64,000 nt of DNA from a phage: the sequence record PZ452591.1; one strand, given 5' to 3'. Made by a program: the position numbers and the translations under genes. Each line of letters starts with the position of its first letter. Within the stretch, counting starts at the first letter, position 1. Below are positions 21,122 through 30,952 of the stretch, piece after piece. The notes under the pieces are model-generated. The model saw only the letters and a list, made by a program, of their open reading frames with translations, did not search any database and was not told the origin of the DNA.

Positions 21122-22216
21122 ATGGCAATTGTTAAAGAAATAACTGCTGATTTAATTAAAAAGTCCGGTGAGAAAATTTCAGCCGGACAGAGTACTAAAT
21201 CAGAAGTAGGAACTAAAACATACACAGCCCAGTTTCCAACTGGGCGTGCTAGTGGTAATGACACTACAGGGGACTTCCAGGTAACAGATCTATATAAGAA
21301 TGGATTATTATTTACTGCATACAATATGTCATCTAGGGATTCTGGAAGTCTTAGAACGATGAGATCTAACTACTCTTCTTCATCTTCGAGTATTTTACGT
21401 ACAGCCAGAAACACTATCAGTAGTACAGTATCAAAACTGTCAAATGGATTAATATCAGATAATAATTCAGGAACAATAAGTAAAGTTCCTGTTGCAAATA
21501 TTCTTTTACCGAGATCTAAATCCGATGTTGATACATCATCACATAGATTTAATGATGTTCAAGATAGTCTTATTACAAAAGGTGGAGGTACTGCTACTGG
21601 TGTGCTAAGCAATATGGCTTCAACTGCAGTATTTGGAGCGCTGGAAAGTATAACACAAGGTATAATGACTGATAATAATGAACAGATTTATACGACAGCC
21701 AGAAGTATGTATGGCGGTGCTGAGAATAGAACTAAAGTGTTCACTTGGGATTTGACTCCGCGCTCTACAGAAGATTTAATGGCTATTATTAATATCTATC
21801 AATATTTTAACTATTTTTCTTATGGTGAAACAGGTAAATCTCAATATGCTGCTGAAATAAAAGGATATCTAGATGAGTGGTACCGTTCTACTTTTATTGA
21901 GCCGTTAACTCAAGAAGATGCAGTTAAAAATAAGACGTTATTTGAGAAAATGACATCGAGTTTAACTAACGTTCTTGTAGTTTCAAACCCGACAATTTGG
22001 ATGGTTAAAAACTTTGGAGCAACTTCTAAATTTGATGGAAAAACAGAAGTGTTTGGACCGTGTCAAATTCAAAGTATAAGATTTGATAAAACACCTAATG
22101 GTAACTTTAATGGATTAGCTATTGCTCCAAACCTCCCTAGTACATTTACTCTCGAGATTACTATGAGAGAAATTATCACGTTAAACCGTGCTTCTTTATA
22201 TGCGGGGACTTTTTAA
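21122..22216 (+). CDS. 48: Baseplate tail tube cap gp48 (364 aa)
   Basis: 364 aa, synteny. Confidence 0.92.
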   Translation: MAIVKEITADLIKKSGEKISAGQSTKSEVGTKTYTAQFPTGRASGNDTTGDFQVTDLYKNGLLFTAYNMSSRDSGSLRTMRSNYSSSSSSILRTARNTISSTVSKLSNGLISDNNSGTISKVPVANILLPRSKSDVDTSSHRFNDVQDSLITKGGGTATGVLSNMASTAVFGALESITQGIMTDNNEQIYTTARSMYGGAENRTKVFTWDLTPRSTEDLMAIINIYQYFNYFSYGETGKSQYAAEIKGYLDEWYRSTFIEPLTQEDAVKNKTLFEKMTSSLTNVLVVSNPTIWMVKNFGATSKFDGKTEVFGPCQIQSIRFDKTPNGNFNGLAIAPNLPSTFTLEITMREIITLNRASLYAGTF

Positions 22217-23181
22217 TGTATTCTTTAGAGGAATTTAATAATCAAGCAATAAACGCAGATTTCCAACGTAATAATATGTTTAGCTGTGTTTTTGCAACAA
22301 CTCCATCAACTAAAAGCTCTTCGTTGATAAGTTCAATTAGCAACTTTTCTTATAATAACTTGGGCCTAAATTCAGATTGGTTAGGATTAACTCAAGGCGA
22401 TATTAATCAGGGAATTACCACGCTAATTACAGCTGGCACACAAAAACTGATAAGAAAATCAGGGGTTAGTAAATATCTTATTGGTGCCATGAGTCAACGT
22501 ACAGTTCAAAGTTTATTGGGCTCATTTACAGTTGGTACATATTTAATTGACTTCTTTAACATGGCATATAACTCATCTGGATTGATGATATACTCTGTAA
22601 AAATGCCAGAGAACAGATTATCCTATGAAACTGACTGGAACTATAATTCTCCTAATATTCGTATAACCGGAAGAGAATTAGACCCTTTAGTTATTTCATT
22701 TAGAATGGATTCAGAAGCTTGTAACTATCGTGCAATGCAAGACTGGGTTAACTCTGTTCAAGACCCAGTAACTGGATTACGTGCTTTGCCGCAAGATGTC
22801 GAGGCAGATATTCAGGTTAATCTTCATTCTCGTAATGGATTGCCTCATACTGCGGTGATGTTCACTGGATGCATTCCAGTGTCCGTAAGCGCTCCTGAGT
22901 TATCATATGATGGAGATAACCAAATAACTACATTTGATGTTACTTTTGCGTACAGAGTGATGCAGGCTGGAGCAGTTGATAGGCAAGCTGCGCTTGAATG
23001 GCTTGAATCTGCTGCTATAAATGGTATTCAAAGCGTTCTCGGAAATAGTGGAGGTGTTACTGGACTATCTAATTCGCTTTCACGACTCAGTAGATTAGGG
23101 GGAACTGCAGGAAGCATTTCAAACATTAATACTATGACAGGAATTGTCAATTCGCAGAGTAAAATATTAGGAGCAATATAA
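22216..23181 (+). CDS. 54: Baseplate tail tube initiator gp54 (321 aa)
   Basis: gp19-like tube fold protein, ATGA-type overlap with gene 48. Confidence 0.92.
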   Translation: MYSLEEFNNQAINADFQRNNMFSCVFATTPSTKSSSLISSISNFSYNNLGLNSDWLGLTQGDINQGITTLITAGTQKLIRKSGVSKYLIGAMSQRTVQSLLGSFTVGTYLIDFFNMAYNSSGLMIYSVKMPENRLSYETDWNYNSPNIRITGRELDPLVISFRMDSEACNYRAMQDWVNSVQDPVTGLRALPQDVEADIQVNLHSRNGLPHTAVMFTGCIPVSVSAPELSYDGDNQITTFDVTFAYRVMQAGAVDRQAALEWLESAAINGIQSVLGNSGGVTGLSNSLSRLSRLGGTAGSISNINTMTGIVNSQSKILGAI

Positions 23182-23184
23182 CAA

Positions 23185-23215
23185 TGGGGACCGAAAGGTC
23201 CCCATATTTTTATTT
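23185..23215. terminator. Bidirectional terminator between gene 54 and the convergent 96-aa ORF
   Basis: TGGGGACC-GAAA-GGTCCCCA hairpin followed by TATTTTTATTT. Confidence 0.8.
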
Positions 23216-23500
23216 ACGGAATGAAATAAAAGCAGAAACTGAAGCAACTAAACTATCTTCAATATAAACTTCAATTTTTACCGGAGCTTCTGACTCAAAT
23301 TTACCTGTTACTACACCCTGAAAAATACTTTCAGTCTGTTCTGGTTTTGAAAAATTTTCAGAAGGAAAAATTCCGAACTTTTTATCTGTTCCAAAAATTT
23401 TAATAAATTCATCGTAAACTGCTTCATTAAAAGCATTATCAGCAGGAATAACGCCTTCAACTACAAGTTCTTGACCTAAAAAGCGTAAAGAAGATTTCAT
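23210..23500 (-). CDS. Hypothetical protein, 96 aa (alt-downstream small gene)
   Basis: ATG start with GAGGAA SD and early-promoter-like element upstream. Confidence 0.7.
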   Translation of the reverse strand: MKSSLRFLGQELVVEGVIPADNAFNEAVYDEFIKIFGTDKKFGIFPSENFSKPEQTESIFQGVVTGKFESEAPVKIEVYIEDSLVASVSAFISFRK

Positions 23501-23508
23501 TTTGTGTT

Positions 23509-23561
23509 CCTCATGTTATGTCAGTAAGAATACTATAACACAACACGAGGGACTTGTAAAC
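23509..23561 (-). repeat. 53-bp direct repeat copy 1 (partner at 39034..39086)
   Basis: cctcatgttatgtcagtaagaatactataacacaacacgagggacttgtaaac versus copy 2 with about 3 mismatches. Confidence 0.8.
23525..23561 (-). promoter_or_regulatory. T4 early-promoter-like element (GTTTAC - 17 bp - TTATAGT) with leader and GAGGAA SD
   Basis: Minus strand GTTTACAAGTCCCTCGTGTTGTGTTATAGTAT...ACATGAGGAACACAAAATG. Confidence 0.6.
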
Positions 23562-25618
23562 TACATTTTGAACTTTTTAGACATTCCGTTGATGTTAACC
23601 AAAGAAGCCAAGATTTGAGAAACTTCGTTTTCCTCTTCTTTTGATTCTTCTACAAGGAATTGATTAAATCCAGCCATTGGACGAACTTCACCAGTTTCCA
23701 TTAGATGGTCTCCATCATATACTGATTCTTCTAATTGTTCAGAAGGAGGAACGATTGTACCTTCAATTAGATACTTGTTATAAGCAGTTTCTTTCATAAA
23801 GTACGTACTTACTTTATTAATCTTCAGTAAAATTCCACGCGGTAGAATAACTTCAGCTTCTGATGGAAATCCTGATAAATGACCTGGAACGATAACTTTG
23901 ATTCGCTCAGCTCCTTTAATTACCATACCCACGCTAGTTTCAGCATCTTCATTAGCATATGTAGAATGACTACCCATATGCATCAAATCTTCTGCATCAA
24001 CGGAATCTTCTCCTTCACCAGAAAATACTGCGCCGGAATCATCTAGAGCCATATAGTTTTTACCATGCTCACCGAAGATATTTGGTTTAAGCGATGTGGA
24101 TACGAAGTTCTTGAAATAAAACATTTTATTTTCAATGTTATGACGCAAAGTTTTAAAGGTAACTTCTTGTCCACGGTAAAGCGTAGTTCCTGGAGGAAGA
24201 ACTGAACCTTTAGCGAATGCAGAATCCAACGTCTCGATGTGCTTAATAGCACGTTCCATATATTCTTCACGGGTAGAATCTGGTTTACCCAAAAGGAACG
24301 AGTTCATTTCAACATATGAATCAGCACAATAATCTTCAATTACGTCAGATTCAGCCTGAGTTAATCCTTTTGGAGTTACTTCGGTGCTTGCGTATTCATA
24401 CGCCTGGGCGGCAGATTCATTAATCAATTTATAAATGCCATTCATGACGAATTGAATAATAGCTGTCTTTTCATCTGGCGTGGCTTTAGAACCTTTAACT
24501 AAATCATTAATAATTTTCTTAATAACATCAAAGCTATTAGAAATATTAATGTCAGCAAGATCGCTTAAAATTTTATCAGTTTTATAATCAAAGAATTCTT
24601 TATTCTTTAAATATTCTTGAGAACCTTGATATGTTATATCGCTCTGCAGCTTGATAGATGGATCACGTAAACGCGCATGGGCCAATGCGATATGATTTCG
24701 GAAGTTTTCTAGTTCATAATCGCTAGATTTAAAACGAGAAGCACTCCTCATACCACCAATAGCTCCTTTGCTGAAGTTTGAACCAATCTGGATAACGCCA
24801 GAGTTCATTGGTCCTTCTGCTTTATATACCGGAACTTTAGATTCAAACTCTTGATATTTCTTGGCAGCGAAGCTATCACCCTGAAGTGAAGCATCGACAG
24901 TAGAATATTGAGCTTGTGCTGCTAATCGACGACTAATTTTAGTTTTCTGAATAACAGCTTGATCCGTGCGCTTATCATTTTCTAAAGCAATAGAAGCAGC
25001 AACAGCAACAGCTTTAGGAACAGCATTACCTGTTTTAACGTCTACATAAACATCACCGACCTTTGATTCAACTTTTGTGAATAACTCAGTTGAAATAGGA
25101 GGTACACCTGGAATGTCTTCTAAATTGGCATTTTTACGGTAAACCATAATATATGCATACTTTTTATCATAATCCCAGATTTCCTTTAAAAGAACATATC
25201 GACCTGCTCCTTTAGTACGTACTAAACGGTCAGCAATAACTTGCATTTGACGAGCTGCGCCATTTGTTTTACTTTTTAGTACGCGGAATAAGCATGCGTC
25301 GATTTTATACTGCTTCATTGTTTGAAGAGCAGTATCAAAAACCGCATTAATGACGCCAATTGGATTTCCACCCAAGTTTCTAAGCTTAACCAGCGATAAT
25401 TTCTCGTTGACGCCTATCATTACGATATGCATCATTTTATCGCCTGGCTTAACGTTTTTATTTGTATCACCGCCAGAGGTGTATGTACAAAATCTAAATC
25501 CAGGAAGCACACTTTCTTCGCCGGCTTGAATAGCAAAAATTTGTGGTATTTTATGCTTAGGATTTAAGTTAACAACCGGCGCCGAAGCGCCGTCAAATAA
25601 TTCTGTAATAAGTTCCAT
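23561..25618 (-). CDS. Alt-like ADP-ribosyltransferase paralog (685 aa)
   Basis: Same length as and N-terminal 220 aa highly similar to alt (MELITELFD...); C-terminal ART-like region with LYRG, FVSTS motifs; central region diverged. Confidence 0.85.
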   Translation of the reverse strand: MELITELFDGASAPVVNLNPKHKIPQIFAIQAGEESVLPGFRFCTYTSGGDTNKNVKPGDKMMHIVMIGVNEKLSLVKLRNLGGNPIGVINAVFDTALQTMKQYKIDACLFRVLKSKTNGAARQMQVIADRLVRTKGAGRYVLLKEIWDYDKKYAYIMVYRKNANLEDIPGVPPISTELFTKVESKVGDVYVDVKTGNAVPKAVAVAASIALENDKRTDQAVIQKTKISRRLAAQAQYSTVDASLQGDSFAAKKYQEFESKVPVYKAEGPMNSGVIQIGSNFSKGAIGGMRSASRFKSSDYELENFRNHIALAHARLRDPSIKLQSDITYQGSQEYLKNKEFFDYKTDKILSDLADINISNSFDVIKKIINDLVKGSKATPDEKTAIIQFVMNGIYKLINESAAQAYEYASTEVTPKGLTQAESDVIEDYCADSYVEMNSFLLGKPDSTREEYMERAIKHIETLDSAFAKGSVLPPGTTLYRGQEVTFKTLRHNIENKMFYFKNFVSTSLKPNIFGEHGKNYMALDDSGAVFSGEGEDSVDAEDLMHMGSHSTYANEDAETSVGMVIKGAERIKVIVPGHLSGFPSEAEVILPRGILLKINKVSTYFMKETAYNKYLIEGTIVPPSEQLEESVYDGDHLMETGEVRPMAGFNQFLVEESKEEENEVSQILASLVNINGMSKKFKM

Positions 25619-25621
25619 GAT

Positions 25622-27679
25622 TTATCCTTGAACGAACTTGTAAGGCATGTTTGTAATATCTATGCAAGACGCAATAATTCCAAGAGATGATTCTACTTTC
25701 TGTTTAACATTTGATGAAACAAATGATGCAAAGTCAACTCTGTCTTCTATTTCAATATCACCTGTCATTGCAACTACTTCGCCGGTTTCCATTAAATGGT
25801 CTCCGTCATAGATTACCGATTCGGTGAGCTCTTCTGTGGTCATAACTTCAGCTTGAATAAGCTTGTTGTTAGTTTTAACTGTTCCATCATTGTAAGATGC
25901 ATCGGTTATTTTATTAACTTTGACCATTAATCCACGTGGCAAAATGACTTCCATTTCATTTGAAGGTGCTAAACTTCCACCTGGTAAAACAACATTGACT
26001 TTATCAGCCCCAGTAATAACCCATCCAATTCCAACTAAATTATCGCTAGAATTTACTAGTCCTTCATCAGTTTTATCAATAGAAACACTTAAACGCTTTT
26101 CGTCTGGTAAAACACCCACAGATGAATCAGTCATCCAGGTACCAAAAATATTTGGATATAATGATGTTGACACAAAATTTCTAAAATAAAAAACTCGATT
26201 TTTTACCAGTGCTTCATATATTGAAGGTAACATTCGTTGTGAACGATACAAAGTAATACCTTTTGGTAATCGTTCACCATTTTTAAAGGCAGAATCTAAA
26301 TTATCAATAGCTTTTTCTATATCAGATGCTGTCAAAATACTTGTACGCTCATCTGGATTATATAATCCCAAAAGAGCGTTATTTATGTCTACATATCCTG
26401 AACCTACGTATTCACGAATTCCGCGTTTTTGTGCCGGTGTGTATTTAGATGAATCTTTATTTTCGACTATAGGATGTAGTGACCATCCAGCGGTAAGAGC
26501 ATATCCACGCAATTCTCTTCGAATAATCTTTGTTTTTATTGCATTCCAAGAATTTTGTACTAACTCATTCACAGCATCTTGATTTAAATGCGAATGCTTG
26601 TTAATGTTTCTTTCTAACCAAGCACCTTTATATTTTTCTAAAGTATCATCAACTATAGAAGCAATAGTTTCTAAAGTTTTTATTGAAGTAATAGATTCTT
26701 TTCGTAATCTTTCTAAAGCTTTATTTTTTATTTCTGCATTAACATCAGATTCTTTATCTTCAGGAATTATAGAAGCTTCTCTGAATGCCATTCCAGCTGT
26801 AACACTACTAAGAGCATTCTCTAATGCAAATCCTGAAGTAGAAATAACAGTTAATTCATTAGCATCAGAAATTAAAGGAGCGTCAGCAGGTTTATTTAAT
26901 TCTGCTGCTGAAGCCTCAAATTTTTGAAACATCGGCGTTTCAAATCTAGAAGATTCCAACGACTGACTTTGCGCAATTGCTCTACGGGAAATTTTAACTT
27001 TAACGATTACAGCTTGGTCAGAACGTTTATCGTTTTCTTGCGCAATAGATGCTGCAATTGCCTCGTTTTTAGTTACTTGAGCTCCAGTATCTTTATTGAT
27101 ATAAACATCACCGACCTTCGATTCAACCTTAGTAAAGAGCTCGGTACTAATTTCCGGAACTCCTGGAATGTCTTCTAGTGATACATTTTTGCGATGTATA
27201 AGAATATATGCATACTTTTTATCATAATCCCAGAGTTCCTTAAGAAGGACGTATCTTCCACCTGAACGACTACGGATAAGTCTATCAGCAATAACTTGAA
27301 TTTGTCGAGCTTGGCCAGCAGTTTTAGACTTAAGAATACGAAGCATACAAGCATCAATTTTATACTGACGCATTGTTTGCATTGCGACAGTAAAAACTGA
27401 ATTGATATAATTAATCGGGCTTGGACCAAGACCTTTTAATTTAGCAATTGAACCTTTAGCAGTTAATGTAAAAGGAACAATGTGCATCATTTTATCGCCC
27501 ATTTTTAAATCGCGATTAGTATCACCTCCAGATGTATAGGTACATAAACGAAAGCCTGGTTGTTCAATTGCATCATCAACGTGAACTGAAAAAATTTGTG
27601 GTATTTTCTTCTTTGGATTTAAGTTTGTAATCGGAAGAGTAGTATCTTCGTCAAATAATTCTGTAATGAGTTCCATCAT
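25622..27679 (-). CDS. alt: Alt, virion-packaged ADP-ribosyltransferase (685 aa)
   Basis: Close match to remembered T4 Alt throughout (MELITELFDEDTTLPITNL ... NMPYKFVQG); two adjacent ATGs at the start. Confidence 0.93.
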   Translation of the reverse strand: MMELITELFDEDTTLPITNLNPKKKIPQIFSVHVDDAIEQPGFRLCTYTSGGDTNRDLKMGDKMMHIVPFTLTAKGSIAKLKGLGPSPINYINSVFTVAMQTMRQYKIDACMLRILKSKTAGQARQIQVIADRLIRSRSGGRYVLLKELWDYDKKYAYILIHRKNVSLEDIPGVPEISTELFTKVESKVGDVYINKDTGAQVTKNEAIAASIAQENDKRSDQAVIVKVKISRRAIAQSQSLESSRFETPMFQKFEASAAELNKPADAPLISDANELTVISTSGFALENALSSVTAGMAFREASIIPEDKESDVNAEIKNKALERLRKESITSIKTLETIASIVDDTLEKYKGAWLERNINKHSHLNQDAVNELVQNSWNAIKTKIIRRELRGYALTAGWSLHPIVENKDSSKYTPAQKRGIREYVGSGYVDINNALLGLYNPDERTSILTASDIEKAIDNLDSAFKNGERLPKGITLYRSQRMLPSIYEALVKNRVFYFRNFVSTSLYPNIFGTWMTDSSVGVLPDEKRLSVSIDKTDEGLVNSSDNLVGIGWVITGADKVNVVLPGGSLAPSNEMEVILPRGLMVKVNKITDASYNDGTVKTNNKLIQAEVMTTEELTESVIYDGDHLMETGEVVAMTGDIEIEDRVDFASFVSSNVKQKVESSLGIIASCIDITNMPYKFVQG

Positions 27680-27699
27680 ATCCTCTCTAGTGTTTATTC

Positions 27700-27707
27700 T
27701 ATTTATA
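27700..27707 (-). promoter_or_regulatory. T4-type late promoter TATAAATA (alt)
   Basis: Exact motif on minus strand about 20 bp upstream of alt. Confidence 0.6.
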
Positions 27708-27730
27708 AAATTAAAGGCCCGAAGGCCTTT
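27700..27730 (-). terminator. Terminator-like hairpin between the 62-aa ORF and alt
   Basis: AAAGGCC-CGAA-GGCCTTT hairpin followed on minus strand by AATTTTAT. Confidence 0.6.
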
Positions 27731-27917
27731 AATAATCTAGTGGTAAGAGAGTACGATATATTTCAAACTTTGGACCTTTTTCATAGGCATCAAATGTTTC
27801 TGTAAATTTATTATAAGCATATGCATCTACAAATTCGAGAACGACTTGTGATACAGAAGTAGAAACATCTCCACCTTCTTTTTGAGCTACGACAACTGTT
27901 TCTAAGTAAGCTTTCAT
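27729..27917 (-). CDS. Hypothetical protein, 62 aa
   Basis: ORF between ligase and alt; overlaps ligase 3' end by 4 nt; terminator hairpin at its stop. Confidence 0.55.
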   Translation of the reverse strand: MKAYLETVVVAQKEGGDVSTSVSQVVLEFVDAYAYNKFTETFDAYEKGPKFEIYRTLLPLDY

Positions 27918-29377
27918 AAACCAGTTACCTCATGAAAATCACCAAATACATCCTCGAATGTATTAGCTTTAGTTTTATCTTCACGTAAACGAATCGCAAT
28001 CGGAAGAAATAATTTGACGTAATCAGTGCGGCCATCAGATTTTAACCAACCGTTACATTCGCACTCTAGAATTTTTCCAATATAATAATTTTGGTTTTCC
28101 ATAATGCGAGTACGGTCAAGTTCATGTGATTTTACGCCGACTTTATCTTTTAAGCCTGAACCGGCATTTACCTTAATTTTTCCACACTCTGACTCAAGAA
28201 TAAATCCACCTGCTTTAGTAGGGTCTTTACGGTGAGGATAAATTCCTACAATTTTTAAATCAACATCAATTACTTCTTTAAATTTATAGAGATTTTTCGA
28301 ACGAGCATTTTCCCATAATCCATCGATATTTTTGAGAATAATACCTTCAAGACCTTGGTCAATATACTTTTTATAAATTACCTTAGCTTCATCTAGGTTA
28401 TTTACTACCTGGTTTTCAATTAAAATTACTTTATCATAGCCTGATGTCATTTGTTCTAATTTAGAAAAACGTACATCATATTTCAAGCGAAATGCTGGAA
28501 GACCGTATATTTCTACCAACGGGACATAATCCCAGACCTGAAACTTCATGCATTGAGCTTCTTTTTCGGAAATGGTTCCCTTTAAAGATTTATTGGCGAT
28601 TCCATTAGAAGCAGTACGTGATTCAGCTACTTCGGCGAATTCTTTAACTTTACTGTTTTCAGGATAAGCATCAAAAAGAAAATCTAAGCCTTCTGGCTCC
28701 TTTTTAACTTGCTCATGGTATACCAATTCGCCATCAATTAACACACCTTCTGGATGAATCTGGCGGGCCTCAGCGGTCATTTTGATTAATTCTTCCTTAA
28801 GAAGATCTAATCCTAAATATTCATTGCCAGCTCGTGATAAAAGACGAACATCATCTAATTCATCACCTCTGACTTCGGCAAAGCACCGAGCCCCATCAGC
28901 TTTTAACTGGGCAAAAGCTGGAAATTTGATATTCTTATTAATGCCTTTTTCATCATAAGAACTTGCCAGCATTTGAGGTTGTTCAGGAATTAAACCTGGC
29001 CAAACTTTGTTTGCAATAGATACTGAAGCACCGCATTCAAGGTCTCGCATCATCACTCGACGCAAGACTTCAACATCATCCTTTTTACCATCGGCGATAT
29101 ATCCAGTTAATTCCTCAATTGCCGCATTTCCAGTCAATTTCCGAGTAGCTAACGTGAATTCAATGAAGTCAAGCATATCGGTAAGAGTCAACATTCCAAA
29201 ACTCTGGGTAGCAATACCAGGTTTAGGCCATTTCTTGATATAATACTGCAATCCACGAGAATAAGTCAGACGATATACCCGTTTAAGCAATTCATTATCT
29301 TTATTCTTTTCAAGAATTGCTTGCTTCTGCTTAGTTGAACCAATAGATGCTATTTCGTTCAGAATTTTAAGAATCAT
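27914..29377 (-). CDS. 30: ATP-dependent DNA ligase gp30 (487 aa)
   Basis: Matches T4 DNA ligase; adenylation motif KADGAR. Confidence 0.95.
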   Translation of the reverse strand: MILKILNEIASIGSTKQKQAILEKNKDNELLKRVYRLTYSRGLQYYIKKWPKPGIATQSFGMLTLTDMLDFIEFTLATRKLTGNAAIEELTGYIADGKKDDVEVLRRVMMRDLECGASVSIANKVWPGLIPEQPQMLASSYDEKGINKNIKFPAFAQLKADGARCFAEVRGDELDDVRLLSRAGNEYLGLDLLKEELIKMTAEARQIHPEGVLIDGELVYHEQVKKEPEGLDFLFDAYPENSKVKEFAEVAESRTASNGIANKSLKGTISEKEAQCMKFQVWDYVPLVEIYGLPAFRLKYDVRFSKLEQMTSGYDKVILIENQVVNNLDEAKVIYKKYIDQGLEGIILKNIDGLWENARSKNLYKFKEVIDVDLKIVGIYPHRKDPTKAGGFILESECGKIKVNAGSGLKDKVGVKSHELDRTRIMENQNYYIGKILECECNGWLKSDGRTDYVKLFLPIAIRLREDKTKANTFEDVFGDFHEVTGL

Positions 29378-29643
29378 TATTCATCCTTCAGAGTTTGGTT
29401 TACAGCTCTATTATAAATCAATTCATCATTAAGCTCAGTCAAAGACCTATGATATGTGGTTCTAACTTTATTTCCTTGCATCCAGTGCTTGACGTAAATG
29501 AAACCTTGCTCTACGCATTTTTTAAAAATTCGTTCGTCTTTTTGAGCTCGAAATTCTGGATTGCATCTAAAAAATTGATTTACGTGACCGTAATCACGTG
29601 TAGTATTACCTTCATTTTCATAAATAGTGTGAACAACAAACAT
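29377..29643 (-). CDS. Hypothetical protein (positional equivalent of T4 30.1), 88 aa
   Basis: ORF, synteny. Confidence 0.7.
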   Translation of the reverse strand: MFVVHTIYENEGNTTRDYGHVNQFFRCNPEFRAQKDERIFKKCVEQGFIYVKHWMQGNKVRTTYHRSLTELNDELIYNRAVNQTLKDE

Positions 29644-30497
29644 TAGAATGCTCCTTGGAAAATATTATCACCACTACCACTAGTAAGTCTATTAAAATAC
29701 CCTGCATCGCCAGGCTTAATATAACTCCATGTATGGAATGGATGCATCTGGTGTGAGTGCGTATAATATGGATGATATGGATTATAAGGATTAAATCCAG
29801 GAGTTCTCCAGGTAGTGTTCCAAGGAAAAGAATCGTTTTTAATCATCTTCTCAATTACATCTTTTATAGCTTTTTCACTATCAAAACTTTCTTTATTTTC
29901 CTTTGGTGAAAAAAGCTTATTCTCTACATCATTCCATGTATAAACTCGCTGAGCAGTTTTTGGAATATTGTCACGCTCCCCTCGAGCCATCCAATAAACA
30001 GGAACACTTAATATTTCACTCGCATGATCGCAGTGGTGAGCGAGATCGTCAATATAACAAATTACGTTATATTTCTCTTTTGCCTTTTTGAACAACTCTT
30101 CTTTTGAAGAATCATGACTACACATCAGTACTTCTGAGAAGGCACCAGGAAAAAGAGCATTCAAATTAAATTGACGATTCAGCAGAGCGTCAATAGAATC
30201 ACCCAGTGCTGTAACAGCTACAAAATTATAATCTTCTTTTAATTTATTGATTACACACAAGGCATCTTTATACGGAGACAAGTAACGAATAAAATCTGAA
30301 CGATTGTATTTTTCAATTAACTTGACGCCAAGTTCTTCATCACAATTAAAAAGTTTACCTGGAGAAATAAATTTCTCATCTTGTATCATTTTTAAAATAT
30401 GTTCTAACGGAAGATTATATTTCTGAGCAAAATAAGGAAGACCTGATTGCCAGCTTAAACATACTCCATCAATATCGGTTAAAATAGTAGGCTTCAT
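29643..30497 (-). CDS. HAD-superfamily-like protein with Pro/Tyr/His-rich C-terminal tail (positional equivalent of T4 30.2), 284 aa
   Basis: N-terminal ILTDIDGV resembles HAD motif I (DxDG); C-terminus NPYNPYHPYYTHSHQMHPFHTW low complexity. Confidence 0.7.
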   Translation of the reverse strand: MKPTILTDIDGVCLSWQSGLPYFAQKYNLPLEHILKMIQDEKFISPGKLFNCDEELGVKLIEKYNRSDFIRYLSPYKDALCVINKLKEDYNFVAVTALGDSIDALLNRQFNLNALFPGAFSEVLMCSHDSSKEELFKKAKEKYNVICYIDDLAHHCDHASEILSVPVYWMARGERDNIPKTAQRVYTWNDVENKLFSPKENKESFDSEKAIKDVIEKMIKNDSFPWNTTWRTPGFNPYNPYHPYYTHSHQMHPFHTWSYIKPGDAGYFNRLTSGSGDNIFQGAF

Positions 30498-30952
30498 AGA
30501 GAGTCTCTTAATAGGTTTAACACATCAATAAATTCAGCTTCGGTTAGTATTGTATCATCTTTTGTTAGACCACTAGCCATGCTGTGCTTCAAAACTTTTC
30601 CTTTCGAGGCTTGTAATGCATCACGAAAGCCCTTGTTTTGGATCGCTGCTTCAAAATATGCATTTGTGTATAATTCTTTCCACGCCGGGGAGTATCTTGA
30701 AAACGGAACTCCAAGCCAGAAGAGGGTCCCACGGTCCTGAGCTCTAGCATAAGACCTTCCAGCTTGTTGGGCGGCAAGCCCGGATAACCCAAATATACGA
30801 CGTTGTTGTTCAACATTTTTCACCTTGCATCCTTGGAGGAATCCTTCAAGACCTCCAAATTGAATACCATCCATAACGAAAGGCCAATGGGCGAAATTAC
30901 TTAATGCACATGATGGCCACCTAAAATTACTTCTAATCTCTAACTCAGACAT
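30494..30952 (-). CDS. NADAR/YbiA-like protein (positional equivalent of T4 30.3), 152 aa from first ATG
   Basis: ORF-track start is TTG; ATG two codons downstream; motif SNFAHWPF resembles FSNFAAWP of the YbiA/NADAR family. Confidence 0.65.
   Translation of the reverse strand: MSELEIRSNFRWPSCALSNFAHWPFVMDGIQFGGLEGFLQGCKVKNVEQQRRIFGLSGLAAQQAGRSYARAQDRGTLFWLGVPFSRYSPAWKELYTNAYFEAAIQNKGFRDALQASKGKVLKHSMASGLTKDDTILTEAEFIDVLNLLRDSL

Noticed and set aside
25920-27178. Several plus-strand ORFs (65-109 aa) inside alt
   Set aside because: Antisense within a full-length conserved gene
30589-30816. 75-aa minus-strand ORF in an alternative frame inside the NADAR-like gene
   Set aside because: Same-strand overlapping frame without independent start signals
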